Source: Caecitellus pseudoparvulus (taxonomy: Eukaryota > Protista > Bigyra: Bicosoecida). Taken from it: a stretch of DNA of 64,000 nt. The position numbers and the translations under genes were made by a program. Under the pieces are notes generated by a model, which saw nothing but the letters and a program-made list of their open reading frames with translations, had not been told where the DNA came from and ran no database searches. Where the stretch lies: positions 24,093 through 88,092 of the forward strand of contig CBFFRQ010000045.1 in NCBI GenBank assembly GCA_965644315.1. The letters are read 5' to 3'. Below, piece after piece: positions 1 through 10,577 of the stretch; position 1 is the stretch's first letter, and each line of letters begins with the position of its first letter.

Positions 1-1
1 G

Positions 2-460
2 CGCACAAGCGGCGCTGCCGGGGCGAGCGGGGCGGCGTACGCCCCACCCGCCCCTCAGGCCCAGCAGACCTCGGCAGGGCCGCCTGTCACGGGCACCACC
101 ACCTCGCGCCGCCTGAAGCTGCGCACGGCTGGCGCAGAGGCCCAAGCGCCTGCCCCCGCCTCGGCGCCGCCCCCAGCAGCCACTGTGCCGCCGCCACCCG
201 TGGCAGCGCCCCCCCCCGCTGTGCAGCCGCCAGTGCACCCCACCCCTGCTGCGCCCGTGGCGGGTGCCGCCCCCATGGCAGGCATGGCAGCCATGCTGGG
301 AGGCGGCGGCTCCGCAGACCAGTCCTGGCTCAACGAGGTGGCGCAGCGCCCCGAGGTGCGCCAGGAGATCAACCGCATCCTGTCCTCGGACGACGGCGAC
401 CCCAACGCCAAGGTCACCGCCATCGCCGACTTGCTGCGGCGGTACCAGCGCGAGACGTGA
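2..460 (+). CDS. 3' end of a Pro/Ala-rich hypothetical protein (truncated by window edge)
   Basis: Frame is open from position 2 to TGA at 458-460. A Pro-rich linker is followed by a short helical C-terminal segment (WLNEVAQRPEVRQEINRIL). Strong GC3 bias. Confidence 0.5.
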   Translation, partial: RTSGAAGASGAAYAPPAPQAQQTSAGPPVTGTTTSRRLKLRTAGAEAQAPAPASAPPPAATVPPPPVAAPPPAVQPPVHPTPAAPVAGAAPMAGMAAMLGGGGSADQSWLNEVAQRPEVRQEINRILSSDDGDPNAKVTAIADLLRRYQRET

Positions 461-536
461 CGCAGTGCCAGCGCGCTGGGCACGTCCCACCCCCTCACAA
501 TGCATTGCTACCGCAGGCGCTGGCCGTGTGCCACGC

Positions 537-2278
537 TCACGCAGACGCCGCCAGGGCAGCCTGCCGCACCGCCTCGGCCAGCGCATCCGCTGCCTCCTGG
601 CTACCTGCCTCAGCGTACACACGCACGACATTCTCCGTGCCGCTGGGCCGCACAAACGCCCGCGCACTGGGGCCAGCCGCCGCCACCGCCTCGTCGATGG
701 CGGCCTGCAGCGCTGCCGGCTGCTCCAGCCGCGTCTCGGAGGCGTTGGGCACGAACAGGGAGCGGTCGGGCACCGCCGCCTTGAGCTGGCGCGAGGGCAG
801 GTCGTCGTACAGGCCGTCCCACTCCTGCAGTGTCCAGCCCTGCAGCATGAGCACCGCCTCGCAGAACAGGGCGTCTGACACGGCGTCGCCGACGGCCTGG
901 TTGATGAGGCGTGAGGCGGCCAGCAGGCGCCGCGCCGCAGCGCGAGCTTTGGGCGGCGCTGCTTCGTCCTCCGCCACAGCAGTCAGGCGGGCCAGCACCG
1001 CCGGCGTGAACAGCACCGTCCCATGTCCGTTGGCCTCGAAGTACACGCCGATGTCAAAGGCCGTGGCGGCGTGGTGCACGTACTTCACGCCGGTCTTGGC
1101 CAGCACCACGGGCAGGCCCAGCGTCTTCGTGATGTACGCGGTGCTGGCTCCGTTGGCGTAGGCAGTCTGCACCACGCCCACGTTCACAGCGTCCTCCTCC
1201 GCCTGGCCCTCCCCCGGCGTGGCGCAGGGCCACCCCAGGTCCTTCAGCTGGCTCTGCAGGAACACACTGGCCAGAACAGCGATGGCGTCGCCGTCCAGCA
1301 GCGTCCACGTGTCGCCCTTGTAGTAGTGGAACACCACTCGATCAGCGTCGCCATCCAGGGACGCAGCTGGGCCAGGCGTCACGTCCGTGAACCCTCGTGG
1401 GGGCAGGCGCTGCTTCTGTGCGTACTCGGCGCCCGCTGCGTCGTTCAGCAGGGCAGCGTCGCTGCCCTCTGGCGAGTTCACCACCTTCAACTGCACTGGC
1501 TGGGGCAGGAGGGGCGCCAGGGCGCTCACAGTCGTCGCACCCACCCCGTGTGCGCAGTCCACAGCCAGGGCGGGGCGTGGGCCCATGTCCGCCCCCTCCG
1601 CCAGCAGGTCTGTCAGCGCCTGGGCCATGAAGGCGTAGTAGCCCTGCACGCTGGCAGAGGCGTGCAGCGTGGCGTCCGTCGCGTTGGTGGCGCGGACGAC
1701 ATGGTGCACGACTGGCGTGGGCACGACGCCGATGTCACGGACTGCCACGCCCACCAGCGCGACACCAGCGACCACCAGGTCCCGCAGAGCAGGACTGGAG
1801 GGGCGCGTGTCGCGCCCCACAACCACGCTGGCGCCACTGCCCTCCTGCACAGCGGCGGCGGGGGCCAGGGCTGCCAGAGCGGCAGCGGCGTCGTCAGGCG
1901 ACGCGTTGGCGATGGCGCCGGCATGCACCTCCCACTCTGCAGCCAGCATGCCGCCATCTGCGTCCACCAACTTCATCCCATTGTCCTTCACGGGGTTGTG
2001 AGATGCCGTGATCATCACGCCCACGGCCTGCGAAGTGGCGTGGTGGGCGCATGCTCTGCACCAGTGGCCAGGGCTCCAGGCCGACACACCTTGCCCGTCA
2101 CCTGCGCCCGCAGCGCAGCCAACACGCCCATGCGCAGGCAGACGGCATCCAGCAGCCCAGCTTCCATGCGGAACCCTGCCGTGCCGTAGGCGTACTTTGT
2201 GCCTGCCGGGGGAGGGGTCTCCTTGAACGCTGCACTCGCAGAAGCCTGCCAGGCAGGCGCAGCTTGCTCGGCGGCCAT
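537..2278 (-). CDS. PGM3: Phosphoacetylglucosamine mutase (PGM3/AGM1), 2 exons, intron 2028-2089
   Basis: Motifs YGTAGFR (exon 1), GVMITASHNP (catalytic Ser), DGDADR (metal loop), YFEANGHGT and FVRPSGTE. A 62-bp GT-AG intron joins the two frames. Confidence 0.95.
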
Positions 2279-2668
2279 GGCAGCCGCTGCCCAGGAGGAC
2301 GATAGGAGAGAGAAGCAACGAGAGGAAATATTGGACGATGTTCGGGGCGTGACTGTGCGTTTTGTCTGTTTTGGCGGCTGGGTGGCGGCGGCAGGGGCTC
2401 AGCAGGCGGGGGGACGCGCGGAATTTGACCCAGCCAACAATTCTCACGCCCAAACACACTCGAAAACCGCCCTTTGACGTACACTTTCAAATATTTTCGC
2501 CAACCCAATAAAAGAAGCGTGTGTTCCGCTTCCGCTTGCCGCCTCGCTTCGTCGCTGCGCCTTGTGCAGCGGACGGGTATGTGGCATGCCCGCAGGCTGC
2601 CCTTTCTCGGCGCAGCGACAGCAACAGCAGCGGCGGCGCGATCTGTGAAGCAACTGCGACTTGCTGCA

Positions 2669-3665
2669 ATGGGGGCTTCGCAGTCCCTGCCCAAGGTGGC
2701 CTCCAGCTCGCTTGCGACGCCCCTGGACGCCGAGCCCCGCCTGCTGCAAGTGTACGTGCCTGGCTTGCGCACAAGCTGCCTGACTGCCACAGCGCACTGC
2801 TTCCCTTGCCCCCGCCACCAGAGACGGTCTGCGTATCGGCATCACTGACTCCATGCCAGATGGGGGCGAGGAAGCCACGATCCTGGCTGTGCACGGCTCC
2901 CCCGGCAGTGTGCGTGACTGGCGGTACCTGGCGGGGGCCCTGGCGGAGCGTGCGCCCACTCTGCGCCTGCTCCGAGTGGACCTGCCAGGATACGCCAGCA
3001 GCTCAGACGAGACCTTGCATGCTGCGCTGAGCGGCCGGGAAGACTGGGCCCCCCTCCTCCGCGCCATTGCAGCTCAGGTGGGCGTGCAGACCCCCCTGGT
3101 GGTGCTGGGGCACAGCAGTGGTGCGCATGTAGCTCTCAGCTTCGCGGCAGGGGCGGGGGCAGGGGAAGGCCTGCCTGGTGCTGCAGGGCTGGCCCTGGTA
3201 AACCCCATCGGGCTGAGCCCCCACAAGGGCATCTCGCCCTTCTGGCTGGTCCAAGCCTTGGGCTGGCCGCTCACGTGGACCTGGGCCAAGCAGGCATGGG
3301 CGGCAGGCGTGCTGCACCCCCTGTACACCAGCGTGCTCGGCTTCTCGCCCCGCACGTCAGTGGCGGACGTCAGCTTGAGCCACCGCCGCACGATGCACCT
3401 GGACTTTCCCGCAGCCAACGCCGCTGCAGCGACTGTGGCCGACGAGGGTGTGCCCACCCTGGTGGCATGGACGGCTGACGACAACTTGGTGCAGGAGAGC
3501 ATCAGCACTCGCCTGGCGCGAGCGCTGCCACACGGGCCCAGACTGGCCTTCCCCTCAGGCGGCCACCATGCGCAGAAGTACCACGCTCACGACATTGCTG
3601 ACGCACTCGCTGCACTTGTGCGAGACTACATCCTCGCCAGCGACAGCGATGAGGCAGACGGATGA
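2669..3665 (+). CDS. Alpha/beta hydrolase fold protein (start/first exon uncertain; core 2853-3665)
   Basis: HGSPGS oxyanion region, DLPGY, GHSSG nucleophile elbow, DDNLV acid and GGH catalytic His. Confidence 0.8.
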
Positions 3666-3762
3666 GGCCTGCAGGGGGTGCCGTCTGGCCCTGCCTCGTG
3701 AGTGGGTGGTGCATTGGGACAGCGGGTGCGGCCAGGTGCCGCTGGCTGTGTTGACACGCCCA

Positions 3763-5106
3763 TCACACCTTGCCAGCCAGCACGGCGGTCTCGTACGGCG
3801 TGAAGGCTGGGATGCCGGTGATGCAGCGGCCCAGGATCAGCGCATGCACGTCGTGTGTGCCTTCGTACGTGTTCACCGCCTCCAAATTCAACACGTGGCG
3901 GATGACGCCGTACTCGTCCGAGATGCCGTTGCCGCCCAGCATGTCACGTGCCTCCCGAGCAATGGCCAGCGCCTTCCCGCAGTTGTTGCGCTTGACGACG
4001 CTGATCATCTCGGGGGGTGCGTTGCCCGTCTCGCGCTGGCGGGCCACCTGGATGGCGCCCAGCGTCCCCAGGCTGATGTCTGTCGCCATGTCCGCCAGCT
4101 TCTTCTGGATGAGCTGGTTGGCGGCCAGCGGCGCGCCGAACTGGTGCCGCTCCATCGTGTACTGCCGCGCAGTGGCGTAGCAGTACTCGGCAGCGCCCAG
4201 AGACCCAAAGGCGATGCCCAGGCGCGCTGAGTTCAGGCACGAGAAAGGCCCGGTGAAGCCCTTGGCCTTGGGCAGCATGGCCGACGCCGGCACCTTGACG
4301 TCGTCGCAGAAAATCATGCCTGTGGGGCTGGCACGCAGGCTGAACTTGCCCTCGATGCGGGGGGCCGTCAACCCGGGCGTGTCCTTGTCCACGACGAACC
4401 CTCGCAGGGTGCCGTCCTCTGTACGTGCCCAAATGACGAACACGTCGGCGATGGGGCTGTTGGTGATCCAGTTCTTGCTGCCGTTCAAGATCCAGTCACC
4501 CCCTGGCCCTTGCTTGGCTGTCGTGAGCATGCCCCCCGGGTCGCTGCCGTGGTTGGGCTCCGTCAACCCGAAGCAGCCCACGAGGTCGCCGCTCGCCAGG
4601 CCGGGCAAGTACCTCTCCTTCTGCTCCTCCGAGCCGAAGGTGTTGATGGGGTGCATCACCAAGCTGGACTGCACGCTCATCGCAGAGCGGTAGGCAGAGT
4701 CCACCCGCTCCACCTCCCGCGCCACCATGCCGTAGCTGACGATGGAAGCGCCGACACACCCGTACCCCTCGATGGTCACGCCGAGCAGCCCCAGGGACCC
4801 CATTTCGCGGAAAATCTCCCTGTCGAACTTCTCGTGGCGGTGCCCCTCCAAAGCACGCGGCAACAGCTTCTCTTGGCAGTATGTGTGGGCCGTTGACTGT
4901 GCAGGTTGGCGCGGGAAGCGTGACACGGGCGAAGCGCGGAAATTGCATGCTCCCACACTCACCTCAATCATTCGCTCTTCCTCTGTCAGCAGGGAGTGCC
5001 ACTGCAGAGGGTCATCCCACTGCAGCTGGTTGCTAGACATGCACCGCACACCAGGCACCCCTCGACGGGCAGCTGCTGCTGCTACTGCGCTTGCGCGGGC
5101 CAACAT
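3763..5106 (-). CDS. GCDH: Glutaryl-CoA dehydrogenase, mitochondrial; in-frame 66-bp intron 4897-4962
   Basis: [63 protein letters not shown]. Arg/Ala-rich presequence. Confidence 0.95.
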   Translation of the reverse strand: MLARASAVAAAAARRGVPGVRCMSSNQLQWDDPLQWHSLLTEEERMIEVSVGACNFRASPVSRFPRQPAQSTAHTYCQEKLLPRALEGHRHEKFDREIFREMGSLGLLGVTIEGYGCVGASIVSYGMVAREVERVDSAYRSAMSVQSSLVMHPINTFGSEEQKERYLPGLASGDLVGCFGLTEPNHGSDPGGMLTTAKQGPGGDWILNGSKNWITNSPIADVFVIWARTEDGTLRGFVVDKDTPGLTAPRIEGKFSLRASPTGMIFCDDVKVPASAMLPKAKGFTGPFSCLNSARLGIAFGSLGAAEYCYATARQYTMERHQFGAPLAANQLIQKKLADMATDISLGTLGAIQVARQRETGNAPPEMISVVKRNNCGKALAIAREARDMLGGNGISDEYGVIRHVLNLEAVNTYEGTHDVHALILGRCITGIPAFTPYETAVLAGKV

Positions 5107-5296
5107 GCTGGGCGGGTGCGTCACAGGTGAAGTGAACTGCTACGAATTCGCCCCACGAGACAACCCGGGAGACTGGCAACGCATGCAGTGTACAAATGCA
5201 AGGACAGGGGGTTCAACTAATTCATTGTTCGTGTGGGCAGATTTGACGAGCGAGTACAAGTGGCGGCCGATCCCAAACGCCAAAAGTTGCGCCGCT

Positions 5297-6934
5297 TCAC
5301 TCAGAAGCTTGGCTGCGTTGCTTGTTGCGGTTCCTGCGCTGCCGACGGGGCTTGTCAGCACCTGCAACAGACACATCCGACTTGGCTGCTGCTGCCTTGG
5401 CGCCGCCCTTCTGACCAGACCCGCCGCTGGCTGCTGCTGCCTTGGCGCCGCCCTTCTGACCAGACCCGCCGCTGGCTGCTGCTGCCTTGGCGCCGCCCTT
5501 CTGACCAGACCCGCCGCTGGCTGCTGCCGTCTTGGCGCCGCCCTTCGGACCAGACCCGCCGCTGGCTGCTGCCGCCTTGGCGCCGCCCTTCGGACCAGAC
5601 CCGCCGCTGGCTGCTGCCGCCTTGGCGCCGCCCTTCGGACCAGACCCGCCGCTGGCTGCTGCCGCCTTGGCGCCGCCCTTCGGACCAGACCCGCCGCTGC
5701 CTGCTTGCGAAGACCTCTGGCCACGCTGACTTGTGCCAGCAGACTTCCTCTCCTGAGCTGAAGGTGACTGGGCAGGACGGGTGACCTGCAAGTTGCCTCG
5801 ACGACTGCCAGCCGTGCTGGCGGGCTGCTTGGACCTGCCCTGGCTGGCAGGCGCCTCAGATCCACCCCTCCGGCCACGGCCATACCGTTGCCGTGGTTGG
5901 GGAGCTGCATCGCCGTACGCGACATCCACCTTCTGCAGCTCACGGGACAACTCCGACACCTCTTGTGCCAGCTCATCCGCCTGGAAGAGACTCTCCATGT
6001 GTGCTTCATACAGCATGCATGCGGTGTCCACAGCACCCTTCCGCCCAAGCATGACGATGTCCAGGGGGTCTGACGGGCCGGAGCTGCGCACAGGCGCATC
6101 ACCAGGCCTGGGCAGGGGCGCCCCACGGGGAACGATGTCGATCTGCATCACCTGGGACCGAGACTGGATATCACGGATGGTGGAGCCGCCTGCACCCACC
6201 ACAAACCCAACCTGGGAGCCCACAATGGGGATGCGCTCCACGACAAAGTTCATGTCTGCCTTGGCAGCCGCCACTGCCCCCGGCGTACCCTTGATGCGCA
6301 CAGTGCAGGTGTCCTTGTCGATCACCACACGCTCGATGCCGTCCATGCCCTCCAGGCGGGCAATGTTCGCGCCGCCCTTGCCAATGACCAGGCCGAGAGC
6401 CTCCCGAGGCACCTTGAACTCAGCACGGCGACCCTGGCGCACTTCCTCCTCCACAGACGCCATCTCAGAAACCAGCCGCTCCTTCAAACGGCGCTGCTCG
6501 TGCAGGGCAATCTCTTGCTGCAGGCGGAACTCAAGCAGTGCCCGGCCAGCACGCAGAGTGTCCATGTCCGAGGCTGACACGACGAACTGTGCCTTGCCCT
6601 GCCGAAGCACCACGCACTCAACGGACTCCACGCCAGCCTTCTCTCGCACGACATCAGCGAAGCTCCGCCCGCTCTCCGACATGCTCCAGTCAAACATCTC
6701 ACGTGGAATGTCCACAGACGCGCTTCGGTGCCCTCGCTGTGCCCTGCCACCACCGCGAGGGGCAGAACTTGCAGCGACTGCCTTCCCTCGCCCCTTACCA
6801 CCAGCACTTCTGCTGTCCTTCCCACCTCGGGATGGGGATGGCGCACCCGCGCTGGGGACCTTCTCAGCTGGTGCAGTCTGCTTCTTACCGGACCTGCGTC
6901 CGCGTCGGGGTCCGGGCGAGCCTGAATCTGCCAT
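5297..6934 (-). CDS. KH-domain RNA-binding protein, FMRP/FXR-like (KH0-KH1-KH2, coiled coil, low-complexity tail)
   Basis: Two GxxG KH loops (VIGKGGANI, VVGAGGSTI). IDKDTCTVRIKG resembles FMR1-family DEDTCTFHIYG. Helical segment after KH2, then an RG-rich tail. Confidence 0.75.
   Translation of the reverse strand: MADSGSPGPRRGRRSGKKQTAPAEKVPSAGAPSPSRGGKDSRSAGGKGRGKAVAASSAPRGGGRAQRGHRSASVDIPREMFDWSMSESGRSFADVVREKAGVESVECVVLRQGKAQFVVSASDMDTLRAGRALLEFRLQQEIALHEQRRLKERLVSEMASVEEEVRQGRRAEFKVPREALGLVIGKGGANIARLEGMDGIERVVIDKDTCTVRIKGTPGAVAAAKADMNFVVERIPIVGSQVGFVVGAGGSTIRDIQSRSQVMQIDIVPRGAPLPRPGDAPVRSSGPSDPLDIVMLGRKGAVDTACMLYEAHMESLFQADELAQEVSELSRELQKVDVAYGDAAPQPRQRYGRGRRGGSEAPASQGRSKQPASTAGSRRGNLQVTRPAQSPSAQERKSAGTSQRGQRSSQAGSGGSGPKGGAKAAAASGGSGPKGGAKAAAASGGSGPKGGAKAAAASGGSGPKGGAKTAAASGGSGQKGGAKAAAASGGSGQKGGAKAAAASGGSGQKGGAKAAAAKSDVSVAGADKPRRQRRNRNKQRSQASE
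5385..5699. repeat. Coding minisatellite, 7 x 45 bp (GGSG[P/Q]KGGAKAAAAS)
   Basis: Seven near-identical 45-bp units visible directly, in two subtypes (ttctgacc x3, ttcggacc x4). Confidence 0.95.
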
Positions 6935-7708
6935 GGCACGGGAAGGCGTGGTGACGAGGCGTTTCACACAAATCCGCTGCAGTGCTTTGAAGGCACAGTG
7001 CAAGCAGGCGCTTGCAGAGCAAACTCAGTCGAGGAAAGAAGCACCACGTCGGCAGGCAGTCACATTCGATGTTGCTGGGCGTCTGGAATGGCGACGATGA
7101 CCGTGGAAGGATGGAACCGCCGGCGGCACTCTCACAACGTTTCGTTGCATCATTCACGGGACTCATTTATGTCCTGACTTCTAGCTCCAAGCCTGCATTC
7201 GCTCCACAGTACTTTCAGAAAGCCCTCCACGCATTGTCACTACTCCATTGCTGACCAGCTGGTTGCGTTGTGGTTCCCGTAAGTGTCTCACCTCCGGCCA
7301 GTCACTCTTGTTTGCGCCGTTTGGCTGGCTGTGCCTTTCCCCTCTGCTGTGTCGAAACGCCCAGACGTGGCCTGGGATGGCTGCCAGCACAACCCAGCTG
7401 GATGTGTTGGCGAGAAGGTGGCAGTTTGTGTTAGCATGTCTGTGCCTTCAGAGCCATGCTGTGCGGTAGGGTGGAGCAACCACACCTGAGCCGCCACTGG
7501 CTCAGCTGCGGAATTTGCCATCATCCGCAGCCCACTCTGGTGCCCTCTTTGAGGGAGCTACACGGCTCCACGGAGCCCACCCTTCCCATCAAGTGCTTCA
7601 GTCTCCCCCGCATTCCCACTGTGTCTATGCGTGTCTCTTGTGTGCACCTGGCCCCACTGCTGACCTCGCCCTGCATTCGCAGACACACACAGCAGCACCC
7701 CGACAGCC

Positions 7709-8416
7709 ATGAAGCTGAACCTGGCCAACCCCGCCACCGGGGCCATGAAGGTCCTGAACATCGATGACGAGAAGGTGCTCGTCAACTTCTACGACAAGCG
7801 CATGTCTCAGACCGTCCCCGGCGACATCCTGGGTGATGAGTTCAAGGGCTACGAGTTCAAGATCACCGGCGGAAACGACAAGCAGGGTTTCCCCATGATG
7901 CAGGGCGTCATGTCCGCCAACCGCGTGCGTCTGCTCATGTCCAAGGGCTTCTGCTACTACCGCCCCCGCCGCACCGGCGAGCGCAAGCGCAAGTCTGTCC
8001 GTGGCTGCATCGTCGGCCCCGACCTTGCCGTGCTCAACCTGCTGGTGACCCAGACCGGCGAGAGCGAGGTTGTCGGACTCACCGATGAGGCCAGCGCCCA
8101 GCCCGCCCGCCTCGGCCCCAAGCGTGCCAACCACATCCGTCAGCTGTTCAACCTGACCAAGGAGGACGACGTCCGCAAGTACGTCATGTCCCGCGAGGTC
8201 AAGCAGAAGAACGGCAAGACCACCACCAAGCGCCCCAAGATCCAGCGCCTCATCACCCCCAAGACCCTCGCCCGCAAGCGCGCCCGCATGGCCGCCAAGG
8301 AGGCACAGCGCGTCAAGTCCATCAAGGAGGCTGAGGCGTACGAGGCCCTGCGCTCCAAGCGCCTTGCTGAGCGCAAGGAGCGCAAGAGCAGCCGCAAGAG
8401 CAGCCGCAAGGAGTAA
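7709..8416 (+). CDS. RPS6: 40S ribosomal protein S6 (eS6), intronless
   Basis: [57 protein letters not shown]. Confidence 0.98.
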   Translation: MKLNLANPATGAMKVLNIDDEKVLVNFYDKRMSQTVPGDILGDEFKGYEFKITGGNDKQGFPMMQGVMSANRVRLLMSKGFCYYRPRRTGERKRKSVRGCIVGPDLAVLNLLVTQTGESEVVGLTDEASAQPARLGPKRANHIRQLFNLTKEDDVRKYVMSREVKQKNGKTTTKRPKIQRLITPKTLARKRARMAAKEAQRVKSIKEAEAYEALRSKRLAERKERKSSRKSSRKE

Positions 8417-8732
8417 ATTTGCGTTGCACTCTTCACAGCAATGCATTGATTGGAGGTTCACGTGGCTCCTTCCCAGGCAGGGATGCCGATGAGGTGAGAC
8501 GCAGGGCGAGGCCGGTCCAGGACGTGTGGGAGCGCTGTGACTGAGCGTCAGCATTGTAGCCTGGGCAGCTGGGGCATTGAGACAGCGGTGACACAAAACT
8601 ACTCCCATCATCAGTACACAGCGTGCATCAGAATGCAGTTGCTCAGGCGAACCTGTGCAGTGTCGCCCGTGCTGCTGTGCAGGCGAGTTTGTAGGCGAGT
8701 GCAGGAGGTGCGGAAACTGAATTCCCCACGCC

Positions 8733-9890
8733 ATGGCTGATGGCAGCGACAGTGAGTCAGTGGTGGGGCGATGGAAGGCTGCATGTGAATCTGAGCAGGC
8801 AGATGTACTGCTGGATTTATTGGAAGAGTGTGGTGGTGGCCCCCGGCAGGGAGGATTGACAAGCGACGAGACAACGGCTGGCTTTATCGTTGCTTGCCGG
8901 CTCGGGCACCTTGAATTGCTTGACAAGATGCTGGCATTGGAGGGGGGCGTCGCTGTGGATGTACACGCAGAAGTTGAGGGTGAGGCTGAGGCTGAGGCAA
9001 GCTTTCTCGTTGCCTGTGCGAACGGGCACTTGGGCGTGGTGCGAAAGCTCTTGTCGCTGACAGGTGCTCGCGAGGTGAATGTTCATGTGGGAGTTGAGGG
9101 TAGCCCTGAGCTTGGGTTCATTGTTGCCTGTTTCAATGGTCACATTGATGTGGTGCGCGAGCTGCTTGAATTGAAGGGACATCGTGAGGTGGATGTGCAT
9201 GCAGTTGATGGCGATGGGCCTGAGGCCGGCTTCCGACTTGCCTGTACGTATGGGCACCTGAATGTGGTGCGCGAGCTGCTTGAATTGAAGGGACATCGTG
9301 AGGTGGATGTGCATGCAGTTGATGGCGATGGGCCTGAGGCCGGCTTCCGACTTGCCTGTACGTATGGGCACCTGAATGTGGTGCGCGAGCTGCTTGAATT
9401 GAGGGGGCACCGTGAAGTGGACGTGCATGCTGGGCCAGAGGGCAATCCTGAGGCTGGCTTCCGACTTGCCTGTCGCATTGGACATATAGAAATTGTGCGT
9501 GAGCTTCTGGCGTTGACCGGACATCGTGAGGTGGATGTGCATGCGGGGGACGTTGATGGGCCTGAGGCTGGCTTCCGACTTGCCTGTTGGAATGGGCATG
9601 TGGAAATTGTGCGGGAGTTGCTGGCGCTGAGCGGGCTTCGTGAAGTGGATGTTCATGCTGGAGATCGACGTGGATCCGAGGCTGGCTTTCGCCTTGCGTG
9701 CAAGGAGGGACACTTTTGTGTGCTGCGAGAGCTGTTGGGACTCACTGGCCATCGAGCGATCCCTCTGCAAACTCGACTTGCCGCTGGAAAGGCAGCTGTG
9801 CAGCAGGGCAAAGATGCCGTGTGGGCTGGCACCAGCACTCGGCAAGGCCGCACGGCCGTGCTACTGCTGCGGGCTTCAGTTGGAGCATAG
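8733..9890 (+). CDS. Ankyrin-like repeat protein copy 1 (8 x ~38-aa repeats)
   Basis: Repeats EAGFRLACxxGHxxVVRELLxLxGHREVDVHA. Intronless, shares N- and C-caps with the other three copies. Confidence 0.85.
   Translation: MADGSDSESVVGRWKAACESEQADVLLDLLEECGGGPRQGGLTSDETTAGFIVACRLGHLELLDKMLALEGGVAVDVHAEVEGEAEAEASFLVACANGHLGVVRKLLSLTGAREVNVHVGVEGSPELGFIVACFNGHIDVVRELLELKGHREVDVHAVDGDGPEAGFRLACTYGHLNVVRELLELKGHREVDVHAVDGDGPEAGFRLACTYGHLNVVRELLELRGHREVDVHAGPEGNPEAGFRLACRIGHIEIVRELLALTGHREVDVHAGDVDGPEAGFRLACWNGHVEIVRELLALSGLREVDVHAGDRRGSEAGFRLACKEGHFCVLRELLGLTGHRAIPLQTRLAAGKAAVQQGKDAVWAGTSTRQGRTAVLLLRASVGA
9150..9402 (+). repeat. Exact 114-bp tandem duplication of one ankyrin repeat unit
   Basis: Identical units start at 9150 and 9264, with a partial third at 9378. 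Confidence 0.9.
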
Positions 9891-10577
9891 GCACATCTCT
9901 GGCTTCGGGCTGACTTGGTGTGGGTTCCTCCAGCAGGCAAGGCTACACACTCTGAGTGGGTGGCAGTGCAGGTTTGCGACGCATGCCGCACCGTGAAAGC
10001 GGCCACCACGATGGCCAGGTTAGGGTTGACCACAGTGCACGAGCCAGACAGTGCACCTGAGCCTTGCGGATTGAGAAGCTACGGCTTGAGCGCAACCCTG
10101 GGAAGAAGGACGTCTGCACCGACACCGTACCAAGGCCGTGGCGTGGTGGCGGGTGTGGTGACAGGCCAGGCGGGCCTCTTGATCATCCACATGACTTCCA
10201 TGTAGCAGCTGGCGGACAGTGTATAGCAAGACCTGGGCGGCAGTAGTGCGGCGGCTGTGGACAGTGTGCTTGGTGGGCGTGGTGGACGTTGTGGAGGTGT
10301 CAAGCGAGTGGGGAGTTAGGACGAGGTCGGTCCGGCACGCTTTGGAAGCGCAGTGGTGGAGTTCGTTTGCACGAGCAGAGGTGTGAGCCAGGCAGCAATG
10401 CAGACCAGGTAAGTGGAGCATTACCAAGGCTGCGTCAAAAGCAGCGAGCGACTAAAAAACATGCGTTGGAGATCAGAGTGTCGATCCTCCGATGACACTG
10501 TGCTGTGCCGCCCGTGCTGCTGTGCAGGCGAGGGTGTTGGCGTGAGCGGGAAGTGCGGAAACTGAATTCCCCACGCC

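Noticed and set aside
4897-4962. Apparent 22-aa insertion in GCDH
   Set aside because: It is bounded by GTGAGT...CAG and is an ordinary stop-free 66-bp intron.
5385-5699. Possible CRISPR-like array
   Set aside because: Units are contiguous with no unique spacers, lie in frame within a CDS, and the context is eukaryotic with no cas genes.
7090-7180. Possible C/D snoRNA upstream of RPS6 (CGATGA ... CTGA)
   Set aside because: Box C is non-canonical, with no terminal stem or recognisable rRNA guide.
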